Shown here: one piece after another, positions 7,938-13,526 of the stretch | Layout: each line of letters opens with the position of its first letter | How positions within the stretch are numbered: position 1 is the stretch's first letter | Virus record (IMG/VR): IMGVR_UViG_2713896773_000027 | DNA from: a virus | Lineage: Duplodnaviria; Heunggongvirae; Uroviricota; Caudoviricetes | Direction: 5' to 3' (one strand) | Length of the DNA stretch: 13,526 nucleotides | The notes under the pieces: model-generated | Told to the model about the DNA's origin: nothing | Seen by the model: only the letters and a program-made list of their open reading frames with translations | The model's database searches: none | Position numbers and translations under genes: made by a program

Positions 7938-8267
7938 GTGCTTGACACACAGGAATTAGCTCCAGTTGCTATTGCGCTCCTGCTTTCAGTAATTGGTGGG
8001 ATAGGCACGTTCCTGATGGATGTCCGAGACGGTCGCCAGTCTGGCAATTTGTTGGGATTGGTTACGGAGATCTTTGTTGCAGTGACAGCTGGCGCGGTGG
8101 CGTACCTATTGGGGCAACACGAGGGCTGGGAGTTATCAATTACGTACTTAATGGTAACGATAGCCAGCAATAACGGTCATGAGGTGATTTCAGGGATGAA
8201 ACGAGTGAATATCGATAGCATTCTGAATGTTCTTACAAGTTTGGTGAAAAAGGGAGGCGGGAAATGA
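7938..8267 (+). CDS. small membrane protein with two to three predicted transmembrane segments; holin-like paralog (hypothesis)
   Basis: 109 aa. GTG start preceded by a strong Shine-Dalgarno AGGAGG (7925-7930). Hydrophobic stretches VAIALLLSVIGGIGTFLM and IFVAVTAGAVAYLLG. Its stop overlaps the next gene's ATG (ATGA). Confidence 0.7.
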   Translation: MLDTQELAPVAIALLLSVIGGIGTFLMDVRDGRQSGNLLGLVTEIFVAVTAGAVAYLLGQHEGWELSITYLMVTIASNNGHEVISGMKRVNIDSILNVLTSLVKKGGGK

Positions 8268-8707
8268 TTGGCTGGGGTGTATGCGTTCTTGCGTTAGCCT
8301 TAGCCGATCGCTATTTGCTAAAACGCAAGGACATCACGCATTTAGAACTTGGTGATGTGGAAATTAAACCGGGTTTCATCCGGGTGCCGTTCAAATACCG
8401 GTCTAAATTCCCGTTTTTGCGCGGCGCAACAGTCAGATATTGGATCCGCGATGTTCAGAAGCCGACGACAGTGATTGAAGGCGAACAACGTTGTTTGACG
8501 TCGGCTGAACAGGGCGAAAACAGTGAATGGTTGTACATACCCACTGAATATATGGGTAAAGGAGAGCGACTGTGGCATTTCAACGTCATGGTTACGCATG
8601 GCGACTCGTTCATTAACCCGTTGTATCGGATTTTCCCTGTTACTCAGCAAATCCGCAGAAGTTACGTAATAAATCTCGCACAGGATGTGTCAGATGACGA
8701 AAAATAA
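8264..8707 (+). CDS. hypothetical protein with N-terminal signal-anchor-like hydrophobic segment
   Basis: 147 aa. ATG preceded by GGGAGG, overlapping the upstream stop. N-terminus MIGWGVCVLALALADRY is hydrophobic. No recognisable catalytic motif by eye. Confidence 0.65.
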   Translation: MIGWGVCVLALALADRYLLKRKDITHLELGDVEIKPGFIRVPFKYRSKFPFLRGATVRYWIRDVQKPTTVIEGEQRCLTSAEQGENSEWLYIPTEYMGKGERLWHFNVMVTHGDSFINPLYRIFPVTQQIRRSYVINLAQDVSDDEK

Positions 8708-9296
8708 GTATGCAACGGTCGATTTTGACCAGGTTAATGAAAAGGGGCTGAAATCCCTTATCGCGGCGATCAATAAAACCGGGGTTACGGTAATTGAGGT
8801 TGACTCCAGCAACCGCGCAACAACGAAAGATGGCGTTAAAGTTAAAACCGCAAAGCTGGTTCTTAACGACGGACAAATCCTTGCCATACAGGTAAACGAT
8901 ACTGGCGATATATCGTCTGTGAAACTGAATGGAAAAGCTATTCCTAACGCTCAGTCGCCGGATATCAAGACGCTTGGTACCGTCATGGGACAGGCGGCCC
9001 GCAAAAACTCCGCAAAATTCCAGAAATCACTGATCGCCAAAGCGAAGCGTGTAGCCAATCCGGTAGACAAGAAACCGGCAGTTAAATCCAACTTTCAGCG
9101 CCTGCAAGAAGCAAAACAGCGGAATGCTCAGGTGGTTGCCGCTTATAAGTCCGCGCAGAATTCGGTGTCTTTCAATCAACAGCAGATCACTGATTTGCGG
9201 GCGAAGCTGGATAAGGAGACGGGCCGACTCAATAACGAAAAGGCACGGAATGGCGAACTCAAACGTCGTCTTAAGCAACTGAAAGCAGGAAATTAA
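8694..9296 (+). CDS. hypothetical protein; N-terminal domain shared with the next ORF plus C-terminal basic coiled-coil
   Basis: About 200 aa from the ATG at 8694 (Shine-Dalgarno AGGA at 8682-8685); the track start at 8685 is less likely. The start overlaps the upstream gene's end. Shares LNDGQILAIQ ... KNSAKFQK with the next ORF. C-terminus is rich in K/R/Q/E heptad-like sequence. Confidence 0.7.
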   Translation: MTKNKYATVDFDQVNEKGLKSLIAAINKTGVTVIEVDSSNRATTKDGVKVKTAKLVLNDGQILAIQVNDTGDISSVKLNGKAIPNAQSPDIKTLGTVMGQAARKNSAKFQKSLIAKAKRVANPVDKKPAVKSNFQRLQEAKQRNAQVVAAYKSAQNSVSFNQQQITDLRAKLDKETGRLNNEKARNGELKRRLKQLKAGN

Positions 9297-9297
9297 C

Positions 9298-10329
9298 ATG
9301 GAACAGTTCAATATCAATAAAGGGGTGACGATCAAGCCTGGGCTTGACGTGCTTCCCCCGCCAGTGACTGATGATGAATATCGCGCATTAATGGCCGGTG
9401 AGGACCGCTATCTGATGACGGAATCCAACACCCTGGAGGAAATCGAGGCTACGTTCTTCTATGACACGCCGATCCACTGGTGTGCTACGGATTTACTGGA
9501 GGCGATTAGTTCTACTCGTTTGCAGTTACACCGGACCATGCAGGCATTTGTCCGGGCATTGAACCAGAAGCTGAATGGCACCGGAATCTCTGCGGGGAGT
9601 GATAAAACGGGGGATGTGGCCCAGAGCGGCGCGCGCGCGATCGGCGGTGCTGAAATTGGCCGGGCACGGAACGTTAACGGGCTGCCGGTCCTGCCAGCCA
9701 TTATTCCGCTCAGTGATGGTCAGACTATCAGCATTCTGTTTCATAGCCCGACAGCGGAAAACCGGATCACCAATAGCGATACGCTGGTTGCTTTCCAGTT
9801 CTTACTGAATAAAAAAGACGTTACTCACACCGTTGCTCCGATGAGTGGACGTGATATGACGCTGGCGCAGGTCACCATGAAACTTGCCAACCTTGCAGAG
9901 AAAAACTCGGCAAAATTCCAGCGTGCGCAGAAGAAGAAAAAAGCCCTGGTTGATGAAATAACCCAACTACAGGCTGACAGTGACCAGAAAGAGGATGCCA
10001 TGAGCGACCTCGCGGATCAGGTGGCAGCGGTAGAAGGGCAGAAGGTAGATCTGGAGCAGAAAATTAACGCTGTTGCATCGGAAGCGGATTCTCTTTATGA
10101 AGAGAATGAGCGTTTGCAGACGGAGATTGATCAGCTCAATCGCACTGGTGGGCGCGAAACCATTGCTCCTGCGGGGATGACTGGTGGACACTCTCGCGCG
10201 ATGACGGATCGCCTTGCAAGTATCAAAAATCGTATGCATATGAACGGGGAAGTGACGCTCAGTAATGGTGCATCAATGAAGCAATTCATTGAGGACGGTG
10301 AAGGGTATATCCAGTTAACTGGGATGTGA
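9298..10329 (+). CDS. hypothetical protein, paralogous domain (DGQ...KNSAKFQ) plus long acidic coiled-coil
   Basis: 343 aa. ATG one base after the upstream stop, Shine-Dalgarno AGGA at 9285-9288. Motifs LSDGQTISIL and EKNSAKFQRAQKKKK. Coiled-coil segment LVDEITQLQADSDQKEDAMSDLADQVAAVEGQKVDLEQKINAVASEADSLYEENERLQTEIDQL. Confidence 0.8.
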   Translation: MEQFNINKGVTIKPGLDVLPPPVTDDEYRALMAGEDRYLMTESNTLEEIEATFFYDTPIHWCATDLLEAISSTRLQLHRTMQAFVRALNQKLNGTGISAGSDKTGDVAQSGARAIGGAEIGRARNVNGLPVLPAIIPLSDGQTISILFHSPTAENRITNSDTLVAFQFLLNKKDVTHTVAPMSGRDMTLAQVTMKLANLAEKNSAKFQRAQKKKKALVDEITQLQADSDQKEDAMSDLADQVAAVEGQKVDLEQKINAVASEADSLYEENERLQTEIDQLNRTGGRETIAPAGMTGGHSRAMTDRLASIKNRMHMNGEVTLSNGASMKQFIEDGEGYIQLTGM

Positions 10330-11714
10330 AGACGCTGGATAAACAGGTTGATGTAACTCCCGATGAAGATGCTGTTATGCAGAAAATCAGTGGTGGCGTC
10401 TCCATCGCCGGGATTAACGACATCATTTCCTGTGACGATTTCTACCGTTTCCAGCAGCGCGGCATGATCAAAATCACTGACTCATACGGCGTTCAGACTA
10501 CAGAGTCAGGCTATAGCATTGATTTTGTTGGTACCTATACGGACCCACTGAAGCATGCGGTTTACCCGGATCGCCGTGACGGCGCGCTGAAGTCGTCAAT
10601 TGCAAAATGGGTGCTTGGTATGATGTCGGAAGGGAATAACCGCCAGATCCGTTCGGCAGAAACATTCCTGGTTGAACTGTTTGGCTCCAATTATGGCGAT
10701 GTAATCGCGTCATACGGAGATACGCTATCCCCTGAAGCAATTCAGGAGAAAATAGCGGATGCGATCGCCAGAATGCCGGAAAAAACAAGCCAGGGGGCTA
10801 CTCGTAACGGGGATTCTGAACTTGAAGTCACCAATGCCATTTTCGGTACCAATGAGTTCCGGGCGTCAGATTATGAGATCACCACAGCACAGTTTGGCAC
10901 CATTGGCATTTACAGCAATAAAGCCGAGATCAAGCAGGCAATGGACGCAGCAAGCGCGCGCATCGCAGCAGAACGGGAAGCCAATCTGAATCATGCAGTC
11001 GCCGCACTGACTCAATCGTGGGTAACAGCAATCAGGGAGGCCGCCACCACAGGGAAAATCACACCTGCAATTGCGGATGTCGTAAACGACGGCTCTAAAT
11101 TTATGGATGCCTATCAAATGGATGCGGTGCAGTTGCCATCAGCCTATGGCCAACTCAGCTATCGCATGACCTACAACCTGGTATCAATGTTTACTGACCT
11201 TGCCATCCTTGGGCTGGTGGACCTTAACGAGGTTACGCCGGAATTACTCAGCATGCGCAAGAATCATGTTGAGATATTGCAGAGAATTAACACGGTTCTT
11301 GCCGGGCGCACCGATGAAGAGAAACAGGCCGACGCTGATCGGATAAACCTGGCCCTAGGCAACATCACGGAGGAAGAAATTGCCGCCAGAAACGAGAAAC
11401 AAGAAGAGTTATCATCAATACAGGGTGATGCCACCAGCATAGCTCAGTCTCTTGGGCTGAATTATCGCGTATCCACCGCCGACCTGAAGATGATGTACGC
11501 ACCAAAATTCGCCGCTGGCGAGGTATTTGGGCTTCAGGAAGCCTCCGGCATGAAAGGGGTTCTTTTCCGTGCGAAAGACGCAATCAAGGCGAAATTCGGC
11601 GCTCGCTGGTTGCCAGCGAAGGCGAAGAACAGCGACTTCCCAGGTAACTGGTGGATTATCGAGACAAAACACAACGTGGCGGACGTTCTGGCCGTCATCC
11701 AACAATACGCATAA
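10326..11714 (+). CDS. hypothetical protein (462 aa), translationally coupled to the upstream gene
   Basis: GTG start overlapping the upstream TGA (GTGA). Long uninterrupted ORF. No Walker, nuclease or other catalytic motif recognised by eye. Confidence 0.8.
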   Translation: MKTLDKQVDVTPDEDAVMQKISGGVSIAGINDIISCDDFYRFQQRGMIKITDSYGVQTTESGYSIDFVGTYTDPLKHAVYPDRRDGALKSSIAKWVLGMMSEGNNRQIRSAETFLVELFGSNYGDVIASYGDTLSPEAIQEKIADAIARMPEKTSQGATRNGDSELEVTNAIFGTNEFRASDYEITTAQFGTIGIYSNKAEIKQAMDAASARIAAEREANLNHAVAALTQSWVTAIREAATTGKITPAIADVVNDGSKFMDAYQMDAVQLPSAYGQLSYRMTYNLVSMFTDLAILGLVDLNEVTPELLSMRKNHVEILQRINTVLAGRTDEEKQADADRINLALGNITEEEIAARNEKQEELSSIQGDATSIAQSLGLNYRVSTADLKMMYAPKFAAGEVFGLQEASGMKGVLFRAKDAIKAKFGARWLPAKAKNSDFPGNWWIIETKHNVADVLAVIQQYA

Positions 11715-11720
11715 CAGGAG

Positions 11721-11738
11721 CGCCCGGTTCGCCGGGCG
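11721..11738 (+). promoter_or_regulatory. intercistronic GC-rich stem-loop with TTCG tetraloop between a Shine-Dalgarno sequence and the next start codon
   Basis: CGCCCGG-TTCG-CCGGGCG. AGGAG (11716-11720) lies immediately 5' of the stem and the ATG at 11748 lies 9 nt 3' of it. There is no U-tract, so it is unlikely to be a simple terminator. Confidence 0.5.
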
Positions 11739-11747
11739 TCGCATAAT

Positions 11748-12188
11748 ATGGCCACATTATCTGATACAATAAAACCGAATAAAACATATCTTGAGGCGGT
11801 GCTGCGTACGGCGTTGTTAGGAAAGACAGAAGACGAATACGTTGATTTCTTCCTGTCAGGGCTACGCGGGCGATTACTGAAAAATCCCCGCCTGTACCGC
11901 AGCTATGGTCCATACTGGCCGGAAATTAAAAAATTATTACTGGAGCGCGGTTATGGTAATTTCGGTCGTCTCGTTGACCGTGACGTTCGCAAAATTTACC
12001 GTTATGACCGTCCGGCGCTGACGCTCATAGCCGCGACGCTCTACAGCCAGGAGCGTTTTGATAATGGTCAGATATACTCAGCCTGGCATTTACTGCCAGT
12101 GCCTGAAGAGGTTGACGACCAGGACTATGAGTTTGAGTCTTACGATTTGGAAGTTGAAGCCTTGGCACAGGCTGGAGAGAAAACTTGA
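11748..12188 (+). CDS. hypothetical protein (146 aa)
   Basis: ATG start 9 nt after the stem-loop. Acidic C-terminus (EEVDDQDYEFESYDLEVEALAQAGEKT). No recognisable domain by eye. Confidence 0.7.
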   Translation: MATLSDTIKPNKTYLEAVLRTALLGKTEDEYVDFFLSGLRGRLLKNPRLYRSYGPYWPEIKKLLLERGYGNFGRLVDRDVRKIYRYDRPALTLIAATLYSQERFDNGQIYSAWHLLPVPEEVDDQDYEFESYDLEVEALAQAGEKT

Positions 12189-12433
12189 AGAAGCGATACT
12201 ACACAGTAAAGCATGGGACGCTACGAGCATTGCAAGAGTTTGCTGATAAGCATAACGTTGAGGTGCGCAGGGAAGGGGGAAGTAAAGCTCTGCGCATGTA
12301 CCGTCCTGACGGAAAATGGCGGACGGTCGTCGATTTCAAAACTAACAGTGTTCCCCAGGGCGTCCGCGACCGGGCATTCGAAGAATGGGAGCAGATCATC
12401 ATAGATAACGCATTGCTTCTGAACGCTGATTAA
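12185..12433 (+). CDS. small basic hypothetical protein (82 aa), translationally coupled
   Basis: TTG start overlapping the upstream TGA (TTGA), with Shine-Dalgarno GGAGAG at 12171-12176. Last gene of the co-directional string before a hairpin. Confidence 0.6.
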   Translation: MKKRYYTVKHGTLRALQEFADKHNVEVRREGGSKALRMYRPDGKWRTVVDFKTNSVPQGVRDRAFEEWEQIIIDNALLLNAD

Positions 12434-12443
12434 TAATCATTTA

Positions 12444-12464
12444 AAGCCCATATGATATGGGCTT
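12444..12464 (+). terminator. hairpin (10-bp stem AAGCCCATAT / ATATGGGCTT) separating the coupled operon from the AT-rich downstream gene; weak U-tract
   Basis: A perfect inverted repeat is seen directly. It is followed by AAACAACAGG on the + strand, so intrinsic terminator function is uncertain. It coincides with a sharp shift in base composition. Confidence 0.4.
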
Positions 12465-12515
12465 AAACAACAGGATCGATATACAGTGTTAGTTAAATAT
12501 ATAGGCGAGAGTTAT

Positions 12516-13526
12516 ATGGAAAAACCTTGGCCGGGCATGCACATTAGAACATCTTGTCTGGAGGATGGTTTCTTTAGAGCAACGCAACCAAAGTATCTTA
12601 ATGATCCGTCGAGTGAGTCGCGACTTCTTCCATTTTTTAATAAATTTTCACCAGCCGATTACGCATGGGCTAGAAATGAATTTAAGAAAATGCAACGAGA
12701 TCCATCTTATGTCCCATCTATACAAGAGTTAGAGTATTATTTAAAACCTTGCGGGAAACGATACGGAGAGGATTTTCCACACTTGTTAATCAATGAAGGT
12801 TTTACCTCAATGGATTCATATGATGAATCTAAACTCCAAGAAATAGTAACGTACCTTAACGATTATTTAGTAGAAGCCGTAAGCTGTCATCTTGGTGTAT
12901 TCTCTCTATCAAAAAGTGATTGCAATCTACACATGTGGACTCATTATGCATCGATAGGAAAGGGGTTTGCTGTAGTTTTCGATGAAACACACGATTTTTT
13001 CAAAATATATAGGCCGTGTGATGTTAGTTATAATCCAGAAGATAGAGCATCTGTAACCTATTATAAAGGCGCTGTGCGATTTAATGGCTATCCTGCGCCA
13101 TCGAGGAATATAGATATAAAGAATAAAGATAATACATTGCATGGGATCTTAAATCGAGATTCAGTTCGCGAGCTTTTTATTAATAGGCTCCTTTATACAA
13201 AAGGTGAAGAGTGGCTTCCTGAAAATGAAAGTAGAATTATTTTTCCTTTAGCTGATTGCGAGAGAAAGATAGGAAGTATTGTCTCTCCATCGATTGATGA
13301 TTGCCTATTAAATGAGTATCCTGATGTTTTTCATGACTATCATGAAATTAACTTAAAGAAAATTCCTTTTTCTGCATTCAAGCAAATTACCTTAGGGTAT
13401 AACATGACTGAAAAAGATAAAAATATAATTTTAGATAAAGTTAGTTCGAATAAAGAATTGTCTCACGTCAACGTATTACATTCAAAACTTGATATATACG
13501 GAAAGGTTGTGGTTAAGCCCATGTAA
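12516..13526 (+). CDS. AT-rich orphan protein of unknown function (about 336 aa); candidate horizontally acquired accessory or defence gene
   Basis: ATG at 12516 with GAGAG 5 nt upstream; the track's GTG at 12486 is less likely. The ORF ends exactly at the window end (TAA). Visibly lower GC than all neighbours. Contains CHLGVFSLSKSDCNLHMWTHYASIGKGFAVVFDE. No known catalytic motif recognised by eye. Confidence 0.8.
   Translation: MEKPWPGMHIRTSCLEDGFFRATQPKYLNDPSSESRLLPFFNKFSPADYAWARNEFKKMQRDPSYVPSIQELEYYLKPCGKRYGEDFPHLLINEGFTSMDSYDESKLQEIVTYLNDYLVEAVSCHLGVFSLSKSDCNLHMWTHYASIGKGFAVVFDETHDFFKIYRPCDVSYNPEDRASVTYYKGAVRFNGYPAPSRNIDIKNKDNTLHGILNRDSVRELFINRLLYTKGEEWLPENESRIIFPLADCERKIGSIVSPSIDDCLLNEYPDVFHDYHEINLKKIPFSAFKQITLGYNMTEKDKNIILDKVSSNKELSHVNVLHSKLDIYGKVVVKPM

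Noticed and set aside
10326-10329. Possibility that the 343-aa and 462-aa ORFs are one gene split by a frameshift
   Set aside because: The junction is a canonical GTGA start/stop overlap, typical of translational coupling between genuine separate genes. It cannot be fully excluded without homolog comparison.
8342-11913. Numerous - strand ORFs (65 to 109 aa) antisense to the + strand operon
   Set aside because: All are embedded antisense in long, tightly coupled + strand genes. No ribosome-binding sites or motifs were seen, so they are treated as shadow ORFs.
12185-12433. 82-aa protein as a HicA-like toxin
   Set aside because: There is a loose pattern resemblance (G-S-K ... DGK ... TVV) but the catalytic His of HicA (GSH motif) is absent. 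This is not supported without a profile search.
12463-12515. Sigma70 promoter upstream of the AT-rich gene
   Set aside because: AT-rich hexamers (TTAAAC, TATACA, TATATA) are present but none combine with correct -35/-10 spacing. In AT-rich DNA such matches are expected by chance.

Overview
This 13.5 kb window looks like a decayed, mosaic prophage remnant in an enterobacterial (E. coli-like, roughly 50% GC) chromosome. Left arm (all leftward): tyrosine integrase, excisionase-like gene and a DnaQ-like exonuclease, i.e. a lambdoid int-xis-exo early-left layout, with attL presumably just left of the window. The exonuclease abuts an IS3-family (IS600-like) left end whose orfA is cut after codon 88 by an IS30 copy; the IS30 contains two N-runs (assembly gaps) and has no target duplication. 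Right of IS30 is a hairpin, then a leftward tail-fibre assembly gene and a startless tail-fibre variable cassette that runs into a hix/gix/cix-like crossover site overlapping the 3' end of a Pin/Gin/Cin-family invertase gene. This is an orphaned half of an invertible host-range segment. Rightward from the invertase lies a tightly packed, partly translationally coupled gene string: two paralogous small membrane proteins, a 147-aa protein, a paralogous 200/343-aa pair sharing a DGQ...KNSAKFQ motif plus coiled coils, then 462-, 146- and 82-aa proteins. I could not assign functions to these by eye; the order and sizes are reminiscent of the phage P1 lydA-lydB-(hdf)-darA late operon next to cin, but this rests on memory and is unverified. 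The window ends with a compositionally distinct, AT-rich 336-aa orphan gene behind a hairpin. The two best candidates for an undescribed system are the coupled operon at 8694-12433 and the AT-rich terminal gene. No rRNA, tRNA or CRISPR array was seen.
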